DNA of 64,000 nucleotides from the human T2T-CHM13v2.0 reference genome, Homo sapiens (GCF_009914755.1 NC_060928.1), one strand, 5' to 3'; shown: positions 23,288 through 47,269, counted from the first letter of the stretch. Notes: generated by a model from the letters alone, not told the origin. Numbers and translations are program-made.

Positions 23288-23896
23288 GTTGGTAAGAAAT
23301 TGGAACTTTTCTATCATTTTCAGTAAATGACCATTTTAAGGAAATTCTTTTAGACTTGTAACCGAGTCATTTACTTATTATTTATTTTTAATATAATTTA
23401 GAAGTCAGAATTTAAAAATCAGTATTCCGTCAATCTGGGGATTCCTAACATGGAATCCAAAGGTGGACCTCCTGAAAATGGAATTTTTGTGTACACTTTT
23501 TCTGGGAGGAGGGGCCTTAATTCTCATCAAATCTTTGAAGCGTTCCGTGACTCCAACAAAAGTTAAACTAATGTAGACCAAGACTGATTGATCTTTTAAC
23601 CCCTACTTCTCATATTTCTCCTAACAGTATAAAGCTGAGAGTCACAACGTGTGGTTGACAAGTGTCAGGGATTCCTTCTTAGCTTCTCAGGTCCTGAAAT
23701 TAAGGTTTGTTCTGTTTCAAGGTTTGGTCGAGCTTTTGAGGACTGACTGCAAAAGTTTAGCTTGAAAAAGAAAATGATAGACAATCTAGGATGCCAATTT
23801 ATTAAGCTGTATTAAGAGTATAGGACTGTAACATGAGAGATTCGTCCACTCCAGTGACTGAAACAATCACCATCACCACTCATAATTAGTCCCTGT

Positions 23897-32870
<8,974 letters not shown>

Positions 32871-33251
32871 ATTTTATTTTCTCCTCCATTAGGCATTTAA
32901 CTAAACACACAAAAATTTAAGTTGATAATATTCCTCCAAATTAACATCCAGAGCCCAATTGAACTTTGCCAATATGTGTATGTCTTAAAGAATCTCTGTT
33001 CTTTAGTAGTGCTTGAGGACTCTAACTTGAACTTTTTTGAAGCTTGTGGTTAACTGAGATTTATTCCTCTCTTTTGAGAATCAATGTCAAGGGATAGAGA
33101 AATGTTATACAAATAAATATGGTAAATGTAAGGTGCATGATACAGCATTTTAAATAGTCTTTGTTGTTACTTTACATATACAGTTCTTTATATTTTAATC
33201 TTGAATTTGTCTTAATCTATGTCTTCTCTCATACTTTTGATTTGCCTTCAG

Positions 33252-35563
33252 GTGAGAAGCCATTTAAATGTGATCAGTGCAGTTATGTGGCCTCTAATCA
33301 ACATGAAGTAACCCGCCATGCAAGACAGGTTCACAATGGGCCTAAACCTCTTAATTGCCCACACTGTGATTACAAAACAGCAGATAGAAGCAACTTCAAA
33401 AAACATGTAGAGCTACATGTGAACCCACGGCAGTTCAATTGCCCTGTATGTGACTATGCAGCTTCCAAGAAGTGTAATCTACAGTATCACTTCAAATCTA
33501 AGCATCCTACTTGTCCTAATAAAACAATGGATGTCTCAAAAGTGAAACTAAAGAAAACCAAAAAACGAGAGGCTGACTTGCCTGATAATATTACCAATGA
33601 AAAAACAGAAATAGAACAAACAAAAATAAAAGGGGATGTGGCTGGAAAGAAAAATGAAAAGTCCGTCAAAGCAGAGAAAAGAGATGTCTCAAAAGAGAAA
33701 AAGCCTTCTAATAATGTGTCAGTGATCCAGGTGACTACCAGAACTCGAAAATCAGTAACAGAGGTGAAAGAGATGGATGTGCATACAGGAAGCAATTCAG
33801 AAAAATTCAGTAAAACTAAGAAAAGCAAAAGGAAGCTGGAAGTTGACAGCCATTCTTTACATGGTCCTGTGAATGATGAGGAATCTTCAACAAAAAAGAA
33901 AAAGAAGGTAGAAAGCAAATCCAAAAATAATAGTCAGGAAGTGCCAAAGGGTGACAGCAAAGTGGAGGAGAATAAAAAGCAAAATACTTGCATGAAAAAA
34001 AGTACAAAGAAGAAAACTCTGAAAAATAAATCAAGTAAGAAAAGCAGTAAGCCTCCTCAGAAGGAACCTGTTGAGAAGGGATCTGCTCAGATGGACCCTC
34101 CTCAGATGGGGCCTGCTCCCACAGAGGCGGTTCAGAAGGGGCCCGTTCAGGTGGAGCCGCCACCTCCCATGGAGCATGCTCAGATGGAGGGTGCCCAGAT
34201 ACGGCCTGCTCCTGACGAGCCTGTTCAGATGGAGGTGGTTCAGGAGGGGCCTGCTCAGAAGGAGCTGCTGCCTCCCGTGGAGCCTGCTCAGATGGTGGGT
34301 GCCCAAATTGTACTTGCTCACATGGAGCTGCCTCCTCCCATGGAGACTGCTCAGACGGAGGTTGCCCAAATGGGGCCTGCTCCCATGGAACCTGCTCAGA
34401 TGGAGGTTGCCCAGGTAGAATCTGCTCCCATGCAGGTGGTCCAGAAGGAGCCTGTTCAGATGGAGCTGTCTCCTCCCATGGAGGTGGTCCAGAAGGAGCC
34501 TGTTCAGATAGAGCTGTCTCCTCCCATGGAGGTGGTCCAGAAGGAACCTGTTAAGATAGAGCTGTCTCCTCCCATAGAGGTGGTCCAGAAGGAGCCTGTT
34601 CAGATGGAGTTGTCTCCTCCCATGGGGGTGGTTCAGAAGGAGCCTGCTCAGAGGGAGCCACCTCCTCCCAGAGAGCCTCCCCTTCACATGGAGCCAATTT
34701 CCAAAAAGCCTCCTCTCCGAAAAGATAAAAAGGAAAAGTCTAACATGCAGAGTGAAAGGGCACGGAAGGAGCAAGTCCTTATTGAAGTTGGCTTAGTGCC
34801 TGTTAAAGATAGCTGGCTTCTAAAGGAAAGTGTAAGCACAGAGGATCTCTCACCACCATCACCACCACTGCCAAAGGAAAATTTAAGAGAAGAGGCATCA
34901 GGAGACCAAAAATTACTCAACACAGGTGAAGGAAATAAAGAAGCCCCTCTTCAGAAAGTAGGAGCAGAAGAGGCAGATGAGAGCCTACCTGGTCTTGCTG
35001 CTAATATCAACGAATCTACCCATATTTCATCCTCTGGACAAAACTTGAATACGCCAGAGGGTGAAACTTTAAATGGTAAACATCAGACTGACAGTATAGT
35101 TTGTGAAATGAAAATGGACACTGATCAGAACACAAGAGAGAATCTCACTGGTATAAATTCAACAGTTGAAGAACCAGTTTCACCAATGCTTCCCCCTTCA
35201 GCAGTAGAAGAACGTGAAGCAGTGTCCAAAACTGCACTGGCATCACCTCCTGCTACAATGGCAGCAAATGAGTCTCAGGAAATTGATGAAGATGAAGGCA
35301 TCCACAGCCATGAAGGAAGTGACCTAAGTGACAACATGTCAGAGGGTAGTGATGATTCTGGATTGCATGGGGCTCGGCCAGTTCCACAAGAATCTAGCAG
35401 AAAAAATGCAAAGGAAGCCTTGGCAGTCAAAGCGGCTAAGGGAGATTTTGTTTGTATCTTCTGTGATCGTTCTTTCAGAAAGGGAAAAGATTACAGCAAA
35501 CACCTCAATCGCCATTTGGTTAATGTGTACTATCTTGAAGAAGCAGCTCAAGGGCAGGAGTAA
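33252..35563 (+). CDS. REST: REST last coding exon: zinc fingers 6-8, Lys-rich region, Pro-rich repeats, degrons, C-terminal zinc finger 9 (CoREST-binding region), stop TAA
   Basis: Acceptor ccttcag|GTGAGAAG. The 800-aa ORF contains GEKPFKCDQC...CIFCDRSF...EEAAQGQE*. 898+84+2312 = 3294 nt = 1097 aa plus stop. Contains DLSPPSPP (S861 codon at 34850), DEGIHS (35291) and SEGSDDSG (S1024 codon at 35339). Confidence 0.99.
34430..34669 (+). repeat. REST: Coding 48-bp minisatellite, 5 copies of the hexadecapeptide MEVVQKEPVQMELSPP
   Basis: Units start at 34430, 34478, 34526, 34574 and 34622; degenerate related units extend upstream to ~34060. Confidence 0.93.
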
Positions 35564-38500
35564 TGAAACTTTGAACAAGGTTTCAGTTCTTAGTTTGTAA
35601 GGTATATTACATTTTATATTCATTTATGATAGCAGACAACCTTTTAAGATTGCTTTAATTAGTATCTGATGTTGATTTTTAAGTGGCATTCTTTTCCTTA
35701 GGACTTTTTATGTATACCTGTTGATTGTTGTGTAAATTTTAGTAAATCTAAGAGAGTGTACTAAACCAGCAGGTATCTGTTAGCTTATGTGTTTAATTGA
35801 AATTAGAAGGCTAAGATGGTATAACAGCATTTTATTGCTTTGTCCAGCTACAACATGTCATTTTTTTCTCCATGTCTTATCTTCCTGTTTCACTTTAGTT
35901 TATTCTTCGTTTTTTATTGAGATCTATAAAAAATTGGCTTACTTAATAGCAAATTACTTGAAGAATTTGCCTGCTTTATATAAAGTTAGCACTTTAAGAT
36001 TTTTTTTTTAGAGATGAGAAGACATTTAAATTGAAGAAAAATTCCCCCAGCAATAGACAGTCTATCAGTCCAAGTATTTACTTCCTGAGTTTTGATCAAT
36101 ATTTTTTATTTGTGTATGTTAATCGTCATAAAAACAGTGATTTTGGTGTGTTTTTTATTTTGGTGCTTTAATGGCTTAAGATGTTGCACATTTTTTTTTT
36201 CTTTTGGTTTCTGTTTATGTTTTTTTGCCTATGCAGTTAAATTTTTCCTAGAAATAGCATTTGTGTTGAACAGTAACACTTTATACATATATATATGCAT
36301 GTTTATTTTGTTTGGCGTCTTTGGAGGGATGCTTTTAGACTTGTTTGCAAAAGGGCAGTTTTCTTTTTCTTTGCTGCAGTTGTCTATTTTGCAGAATAAT
36401 AGTGTGTGCAAGTTTGTGAGCAAATGAAATATGCAGGTTCAATCTATTGATTTTGATTTTTACATCTTATATCTATGCCAGAATCTGTATTTCATATAAC
36501 TTATTTATTTCGAATGGATGTAGTAAATTCACAGCTATCAGTTTTGATTTTGCAATAAATAAACCACTAGGTTGCATGTCGAACAAATTTTTATCTCAAA
36601 TACCAACCATCAGTTTTTTTTTTCATGTGTTTTGGTACAGCTAATTCCTAATTGTAGAGTGTTAAATGTTTGAGGAGAACCTTTTCTCATAGATGGTTGG
36701 TGTTCATATGGCTACTTTACAATAAAGAGAACTGTAAGTGATATTTGGAAACTACAAACCTGGAATTAGGAGATATAATTATTCCTTCAAGTTTTATAGA
36801 ATATCACTTGGGAGATTCCAAAGCCATAGCTATTACGCGGCAAACCTAGGATAAGAAAGGTAGTATGAGTGCTGGTAGACCAGCTGCAACTTTCCTATAC
36901 AGTGAAAAAGGCTGGTGAAACAAGTACAGTCCAGATTTTTTAAAATCATACTTTCTCAGGGATCTCCACAAACTGGTGGGTGTCCTGGCTGTCTGTGTGA
37001 TAGCCTCTTTCTATAGGTGAGGCCTCAAATGAATTGCAGCTATCCTGGTGTTCCTATGAGGGCACTTTGTATGAAAAAGGGCATGTACTCCAAAACATTT
37101 TTGTAGGTTCTTTGGCCAGTTGCCAAAGAGTGTGAAAGAATCCAATAGAGGATTTTTCTTACTGATAGCAGTCATTCATTGCAGTAAAATAAAATATGAT
37201 CCCATTAGGGAATCTTGAATTCTGACCTCCCATACTCCGTTTTGAAATAACCACTTTATATTTCATTTTTTAAAAATCTGATGATCTCTTTGAGGCAGGT
37301 TTCAGATTTGGCAGTACAACATGAAAGATTAGGAAAAGCATTAATAACGTGTGGGTGGAAAGCTTGTTAAAAATCTGAGAGTGAAGTTTGAGTTAAAAGT
37401 TGTTTGAACATGGCATTGACTGGGAGGCCAAAGATTTAAAGAAGCGGAAGATTCTTCTCTTAAGACATGAGGAGTAAGTTGTGTGATAATGGTATGTGTT
37501 TTGTGTGCATGAATGGACATTGTAAATGTTGAATTCTAGGCTCCGACAATCATTGTCAACAGAAGATCAAGCTGCAAATATTTATGTTTTAAAACTTAAA
37601 TTATAAAGCTAGTTAAGTCTTTCTAATGACTAGTTTTAATGTTCATGGGTACATTTTACCTAAGTTACCGTTTACATTGTATAGAAAAAGATACATCTTA
37701 AGCACAGATTGGTTATTAGGAATTAGTTTGGGGAAGAGGTTTTTTTGTGGATTCTTTCATACTGCAAAGAAAAACCATTTGCCTTTTGGGGAATTGAGCT
37801 AACTTCTAATCTAGTCTTAAGACTAGAATGCTAAAAACAAAAACATGAAGGAAATTAAAACCCCTTATTATTAAATTGATTTGTAAAAACATTGTTACTG
37901 GAAATTTATTGGACTTGAGGCCTTCCTCCAGAAAATAAGGACTTGATTGTCAGGCCTATATTAGGTTCTGAACCTTAATGCCATGTATTTGTACTTACTA
38001 AAAATTGTTTCAATGAAAAGTACATTAGCAGTATGAACTTCTGGTCCAGTTGGAAGTTTTTCCATTTGAAAAATGTGATGTTTGCATGGAACTGTTTGAA
38101 ACTTTTTTATTTTCTAGTCCCCCTCCCCCACACTGGATAGAATTTAGCCTAGAATTTTCCCTTTGGATAAAAGAACAAAAATTGAACATGTTATTTGTAA
38201 ATTGATGTTTAGTAATTAGTGATAAACTTGAAATACTAGCATATATTATAAGCCTTAATCTTAGGTAGTCTTATGAAAATGAATCTCTTAACTATCTTTT
38301 GAACCTGTATTCACATTGGTTTTCAAGATATTTTAAGTTATATTTTTTCCTCTTTTCAGAGCTGCTTCTTATTCTGGGGCTACTTTTTTTTTTAGTTGTG
38401 TAATTCACAAAGGGCTGCATTTTTTTTTTTTTTTAATAAGGCTTATAACTATGGCTGGATCTTTTGCTCTAGTCTTCTAAGAAGGGCCATTTTATTTTTT

Positions 38501-39255
38501 AGAGTCACTTCTAAAGTCATGTGGTAATTAACTTTGGAGACTGTTTTGCGTATGAGTGCTGATACAAATTAAAACCCAAGTAGACCTCATTGCATGTCAC
38601 CCTATGAATGTTGACAATGGAAGGAATACCTTGCCTGTAGTATACTGTCACTTCTGGATTGATAAGCTGAGGAAGAAAGTTAAGTTTCTTTTTTACATAA
38701 GTCAGAAAAACTTACAGCTGGTGTTCCTAGTTTCCTGGTTGACCTCAGCAGATGAAGTGAACAGATAGTGTTAATTCAGATTGAAGAAATTATCTGAATC
38801 TTGGTTTGTGTAGATTTACAATCTACATGCAATATTAACTAAATCAGATAGCTTTTACAGTTTCACATGTGTACATAGGTTCCCTCCCGGTCCCTTCCAT
38901 ATCCATTAGTTATTGAACTTTCTAAACTGGCATTGAAACATTACAACAGTGTTTTGTTGCACCAATTTTATAAACTTAAGCAGTGCAATACGTGTTACTT
39001 TTCTGAGGCAAACCAAAGGTAAATTTCTCAAGGTTCTTGCTGCCTTCTTTAGCAGCATTTGATGGAAGATCTTTTATACATTTGTAATAGATAAAAATAA
39101 ACCAGATTGCAAATCCTTTTTTAAAATCCTAAACCATGTACCAAGTTTTTGGTCCAAATTATGTAGGATAAGTTAAACTTAAATTGCATTCTATTAACCA
39201 ATATGAGTGTATTTCTGTAAGCATAGTTATGTTGAAATAAAGTTTTAAAAACCAT
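35564..39255 (+). other. REST: REST long AU-rich, Alu-free 3'UTR
   Basis: Follows the stop codon and ends at a distal AATAAA plus a GU/U-rich element. Confidence 0.88.
36554..36635 (+). terminator. Candidate proximal polyadenylation signal
   Basis: Overlapping AATAAATAAA at 36554-36563 with upstream TGTA motifs and downstream U/GU-rich runs. Another AATAAA at 36721. Confidence 0.55.
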
Positions 39256-39280
39256 GATGCCTTTGTTTATTATTGGTATA
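39236..39280 (+). terminator. Distal polyadenylation signal
   Basis: AATAAA 39236-39241, CA at ~39253-39254, downstream TGCCTTTGTTTATT. Alu-dense DNA resumes about 100 bp later. Confidence 0.8.
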
Positions 39281-39419
39281 TCCAGAATGTAGGAAAGCCA
39301 AATTTATGTTGCTGGAACTGCAAGTGTATTAATAGGCTTTTGAAGATTATTTCTCAGGCTGGGCGCAGTGGCTCACGCCTGTAATCCCAGCACTTTGGGA
39401 GGCTGAGGCAGGTGGATCA

Positions 39420-39765
<346 letters not shown>

Positions 39766-39871
39766 TCACACAAGATTTTAAATAGTAATTACTTCCCAAC
39801 CACAAGTCCCCTTAATAGTTTTCATATGCATATCCCTTTTCAGTAGCAGGCCTGGAATTAGTGAATTTTGA

Positions 39872-40165
<294 letters not shown>

Positions 40166-40860
40166 TGAGCTACCGTGCCCGGCTGTTTTTTATAAAATGA
40201 GACGGAGTTCTGTGTTGCCCAGGGTGGACTCAGATGATCCTCCCACCTCAGTCTCCCTAAATGCTGGGATTACAGATTTGAGCCACCATGCCTGGCCTGT
40301 GTGTTTTTTTTTTTTTCTTCTCCCAGACGGAGTCTTGCTCTGTCGCCCAGACTGGAGTGCCATGTCATGATCTCCTTTCACTGCAACCTCGGCCTCCAGG
40401 TTCAAGCGATTCTCCTGCCTCAGCCTCCTGAGTAACTGGGATTACAGGTGTCCGCCACAACACCCAGCTAATTTTTGTATTTTAGTAGAGATGGGGTTTC
40501 ACCATGTGGCCCAGGCTGGTCTCGAACTCCTGAGCTGAAGTATTCCTCCGACTTTGGCCTCCCAAAGTGCTGGGATTACAGGTGTGAGCCACCACGCCCA
40601 GCCTGTTGTTTTTTTGTTTTGAGAAACGGTCTTACTCTGTCTCCCAGGCTGGAGTGTGGTGGCATGATCACAGTTCCTGCAGCCTTGAACTCCTGGGCTC
40701 AAGTGGTCTTCTTGCCTCAGCCTCCTGAGTAGCTGGGACTACAGACCTGCCCCACCACGCCTCTTGCCGCCTCCTCTCAAAAGCGTTCGTATTATAGGCA
40801 TGAGCCATCATGCCTTGCCACATTTTGTTTTGATGCAGTGTCAGATCTGGAAGATTCTGA

Positions 40861-41079
<219 letters not shown>

Positions 41080-42636
41080 TAGCTGGAACTACAGGTGCAT
41101 GCCACACACCCAGCTAGTTTTTTTCTTTCTTCTTTTTTTTCTATTGACAGGGTTTTGCCTTGCTCCCCAGGATGGTCTTGAACTCTTGGACTCAGGCAGT
41201 TCACCTGCTTCGGCCTCCTAAAGTGCTGGGATTACAGGCGTGAGCCACAATGCCCGACTACAAAATGAATTTTCTAAGCATTGATTTTATTATGGTAGAG
41301 TTGATGATGAGTAGCATGGAATTTTCTAGCTGAGCTGGGATATATGGGGAGTTTAGCTTGAATGTACAAATCCTTTGATTTGGGGTGTTTAATGAATGAA
41401 ATAATTGCTACAAGGTCTCTCTCCAGTCCTTTGCTGTTGCTTTCCCACAACTATCCTTGGTAAGGGTTTTTAACATACATTACACATTCATACTTGCCTT
41501 GTTGCCCCATCCCTTTTTCTTCCCAAGGGTCTCACTTGGGTTGAATATAGAAAGAGTTAACAGTATAGTAGGGTGAGCAGCCTGTTAAAACTCATCCTCA
41601 GCTTCATGAAGGCAGATTGATGAAAGTTCTAAGAACCATATGCTAACATCTACTCAGGGAGGTCAGTGTGAAGAAAGTGGTGGCTTTTTTTTTTTTTTCT
41701 TTTTTTTCTTTTTGAGAACGGAGTATTGCTCTGTCACCCAGGCTGGAGTGCCCTAGTGCGATCTTGGCTCACTGCAACCTCCGACTCCTTGGTTCAAGCG
41801 ATTCTTCGGCCTCAGCCTCCCGGAGTAGCTGGGATTACAGGCACGTGCCACCATGCCCAGCCAATTTTTGTATTTTTAGTAGAGATGGGGTTTCACCACG
41901 TTGGTCAGGATGGTCTCCATCTCCTGACTTCGTGTTCCGCGCGCTTCAGCCTCCCCAAGTGCTGGGATTACAGGCGTGAACCACCCCTGCACCCAGCCGA
42001 AAGTGGCTTTTCAAAGGATTTGAAGTTCACTGTATCAAGTGCTTTGTGGGCCCCGCAGTGGGAGCCAGGTTTACAAGGCGATTCTCTTCTATTATTAAGC
42101 AGATCATTTTAACTTTACTAAGCCTGTTTCCTCATCTATAAAGTGGATGTGTAGCACATCTATCTATAGAGTGGCATTTGCTTGGCATATAGTGCTAGCA
42201 TTAAGACCTCTTCCACTAGATAACAAACCAAATATTAAAGAAAAGGTGCTTTCTCAATTTCTAGTTAAGTTGTATAGCTCATCTCCTTTTTTGCATGGTT
42301 TGCGAAGTAGTGAGCATTTTACTGGTATATAAGTAGTATGTAAGCCTTTGTGTCAATCAACATTTCCATGAGAGCCAGAATGCTTTTATTTTTACATACT
42401 GGCCCTTATTGGGACAAAGAGTTAATTGCCTAGGCCAAGAATAGTATATGTATATTGATATTAACTAATACACAATGGTAGTTTTACTGTGATTTTAAAA
42501 TTCTGATAATGTAGAAATCTCTTTGTAAACAGACTGTTTTCTTTCTGTACGCCTCCAACAAAGTAAGGAGAGTTGCCGGGCGCAGTGGCTTACGCCTGTA
42601 ATCCCAGCACTTTGGGAAACCGAGGCGGATGGATCA

Positions 42637-42960
<324 letters not shown>

Positions 42961-44158
42961 TCACCCAGGCTGGAATGCAGTAGTGCGATCTCATTTCACT
43001 GCAGCCTTGGCTCACTGCAATTTTCCTGCCTCAGCTTCCCAAGTAGCTGGGACTACAGGCATGCGCCACTACACCCGGCTAATTTTTGTATTTTTAATAG
43101 AGATGGGGTTTTGCCTGTTGGCCAGGCTGGTCTCGAACTCCTGACGTGAAGGAGCCCTCCCACTTTGGCCTCCCAAAGTGCTGGGATTACAGGGGTGAAC
43201 CACCGCACCCGGCCAAAAAAGATATTTTTTTCAACTTGGTTTTGAGAAAGGTTCAAGCTTACAGAGACATTGAAACACCTGGCCGAAAAATATATTTTTT
43301 TCAACTTTATTTTGAGAAAGGTTCAAGCTTATAGAGACACTGAAAGAATGGTATACTAGGATGGGCGTAGTGGCTCACGCCTGTAATCCCAGCACTTCGG
43401 GAGGCCAAGGCGGGCGGATCACCTGAGCTCAGGAGTTCAAGACCAGCATGGCCGACATGGTGTACCCCCCATCTCTACTAAAAATACAGAAGTTAGCCGG
43501 GCATGGTGGCACGCGCCTGTAATCCCAGCTACTCGGGAGGTTGAGGCAGGAGAATCGCTTGAACCCAGAGGCGGAGGTTGCAGTGAGCTGAGACCGTGCC
43601 ATTGCACTTCAGCCTGGGTGACAGAGTGAGACTCTGTCTCAAAAAAGAAAAAAAAGAAAAAAGAAAACATACTCCTCAGTTGGATTCACCACTCACATTT
43701 GCTTTCTATATATTTATGTTATTTGCTAAACCACTAGAAATTCAGTTGCAGATATACCCTTTCTAAATATGTCATTTGTATCTCCTAAGGATAAGGGCAT
43801 TTTCTTCTACAATTAGTATAATTAATTCGGGACATTGAAGATTAGTATTATTAAAAAAAAATTTTTTTTGAGACAGTCATCTAGCGCAATCTCGGCTCAC
43901 TGCAACCTGCACCTCCCGGGTTCGGTTTCAAGCCATTCTTGTGCCTCAGCTTTCTGAGTAGCTGGGATTACAGACGCGTGCCACCACTCCTGGCTAATCT
44001 TTTATTTTTAGTAGAGACGGGGTTTCGCTATGTTGGCCAGACTCTGGAACTCCCGGCCTCAAGTGATCTGCTCACCTTGGCCTTCTAAAGTGCTGAGATT
44101 ACAGGCGTGAGCCACCGCACCCAGCAAGATTAATGTAATGTTCTAGTATTAGTCTGTA

Positions 44159-44310
44159 CAGATTGAGTATCCCTTAACCAAAAAGCTTGGGACTACAGTG
44201 TTTTGGATTTTGGATTTTTGAATATTTGCATTATACTTACCGGTTGAGCATCCCAAATCTGAAAATAAAAAATCTGAAATGGTCCAATTCAGATTTGGGA
44301 TGCTCAACGA
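44159..44310. mobile_element. Tigger4/Zombi-like MITE
   Basis: Terminal inverted repeats CAGATTGAGTATCCC...GGGATGCTCAAC, preceded by TA. Confidence 0.65.
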
Positions 44311-45624
44311 ATGTCTTCAAACTGATAAATGTCTTGATACCTAATCCCCTCCATTTATTACCCATTGCACTTGTCACATTTCTTCAGTTTCCTTTAACTT
44401 GGAACAATTCCTTAGCCTTTGTCTTTAACAGTGACACTTTAAAGGGTGCACACCAGATGTTTAAAAAATGTCCCTTAGTTTTTTTCTGTTTCTTCCAGCT
44501 CCAGTTCAGGTTATGCATTTTGGCAAGGATACTTAACTCTGTTATATTACATGAGAAGGCACATGATGTCAGCTTATTCCAATATTTGTTGTGTTAGGTT
44601 GTTAAGGTGTTGTCTGCCAGATTTCTCTACTGTAAGGTTTCTTATAATTCTGTGGGAGTATACATTGAGTCTCCTTCCTCAACAAACCCACTGATTTTAA
44701 CATCTGTTGGTTCTTGCTTGAATCAGTTATTACTATCATACCTTATATATTAGCTGATAACTTCTCCAGTCAAGAAGAGCTTTCCCTTCTCTCATTTCTT
44801 TTATATCATATCTAATTTCTACACCAGTGTTGGTGTAGACTCAATTCTTAATTTGATTAATGTGTTATGACCCATGACAGTCATTCACTTTACCCCATTC
44901 AGCTGTTGGGGGCTGGGGTGCTCATCTCAGGTCCTTGAATGAGACTTTGTACAGTCTATTAATACACTGAAGGGTTCCAATCTGTGACCAACGATGTTCA
45001 AACTCAGCCACATCAAACGTCTGTATAAGTCATAACAGTACTATAAGATTTAAAATTTATGAAAGCTTGATGGAATACCTTAAGGGATAAACCGCAAATG
45101 GAAATTTACTAGTACTGAAGATTCTTCCAGAAGAGGCAATCTTAGAGAACAATATCCTAACTCTTTTATTAACTTTGAAATACCACAATTTTCATGTCTT
45201 CATTTATGTGCTCTAATTAGATAATGTTTAAGTCACAACTCACACAATTACGTGCTCAGAATTCATCTTGATTACAGCTCTCTTCCTACTAACTCTATTT
45301 AATTTGTTTCCTCTCCAGAATTAATCACTGTTAACTTGTTACTTACTTGTATATGCGGATTGAAATGCATGATTTCTCAACATGGAATCAGCATTTGCAG
45401 CCTAATGCGCTTATTTTTATTAATATCACACCTCTCACAACTTCATGCTGATCCACGTTCATGTTGTAGATTAAGTTATCTACTATTGTATTACTAAATC
45501 CTAAATGTTACAGGTTATTAAAAAATCAGATCTGGCCGGGCGCAGTTGCTCACGCTGTAATCTTAGCACTTTGGGAGGCTGACATGGGCAGATCACTTAA
45601 TGTCGGGAGTTCAAGACCAGCCTA

Positions 45625-45834
<210 letters not shown>

Positions 45835-45963
45835 CTATGTCTTTGAAATCTAGTAAGTTAGTGTAAGTCTAAAGTAATATCCATAAATATCATAATTTGT
45901 TATGGTCTTTTAAATATTCTCTTTTCCACTTAACATTTCCAAAATCAACATGATGTCCCTTAA

Positions 45964-46113
<150 letters not shown>

Positions 46114-46322
46114 TAGGATTACAGGCACCTGCACCACGCCCAGCTAATTTTTGTATTTTTAGTAGAGATGGGGTTTCACCATGTTGGCCAGGATGGTCTT
46201 GAACTCCTGACCTCAGGTGATCCACCCCTCTTCGGCCTCCCAAAGTGCTGGGATTACAGGTGTGAGCCATGGCCTAAAGTCGAATTTCTTTCTTTCTTTC
46301 TTTCTTTTTTTTTTTTTTTTGA

Positions 46323-46541
<219 letters not shown>

Positions 46542-47269
46542 TGATCCGCCCCCCACGGCCTCCCAAAATGCTGGGATTACAGGTGTGAGCCACTGCGCCC
46601 GGCTCTAAAGTCGAATTTCTTAACATTTGATTCCTGAAAAAGGTGGTACAGAAATAAAATATCAGAGTAAAGAGATAGTTGGCACTAATAAAACGAAAAG
46701 CCAGCTGGTCAATAAAGCCCCATAATATTCCATTTATTTTTATTACAAATAGGACTGTAATTCCACAGCAGCATTGAAATGCCAAATGAATAATTACTAG
46801 AAGGTATCCAAAAAATTCTCTAGCACCCAAATCTCAAACTTGAAGAAGTAGCAAACTTAGCCTACAGAAATAAGAAGTCTGCATGTAAGCATTATTATGT
46901 AGGAAGTGATGTCTCTCACAGACTAACCTGTGTACCATTCTCTTGGTTACAAACAACAGCACACTATTTCTTCTCTTAAAGTCTTGTAGTCTATGGGGGA
47001 ACTGTGTAGTGAACCATCCTGGTGACTCTGGTAAGGAGATTAATACTCTGACTTTCATGTGCATAGTCAGGAATGCTTTAGTTTACAGGATCAAATGTAG
47101 CTACACCTATGCCAGGAATAAAAGGCTCAATTTTGACAGTTTTATTTACTGACGATAAATGGGATGTTTGATACTGTTCTGCAATTTGTGAAACTATTAA
47201 TTTGGAGATCTTTGTCAGTAAGGAGACCTTCATTCTTTAAACTACTGCATAACGTTTCATATTATGGAT

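Noticed and set aside
33161-33251. N-terminal 30 aa of the 800-aa ORF (and MFLIQNTV before 14063)
   Set aside because: Intronic polypyrimidine/branch region upstream of the splice acceptor, with TTG starts.
34430-34669. Regularly spaced repeats resembling a CRISPR array
   Set aside because: Contiguous coding tandem repeats with no unique spacers, in eukaryotic DNA without cas genes.
34031-34774. 247-aa antisense ORF with LHGRRQLHLNRLL repeats
   Set aside because: Shadow frame of the REST coding minisatellite.
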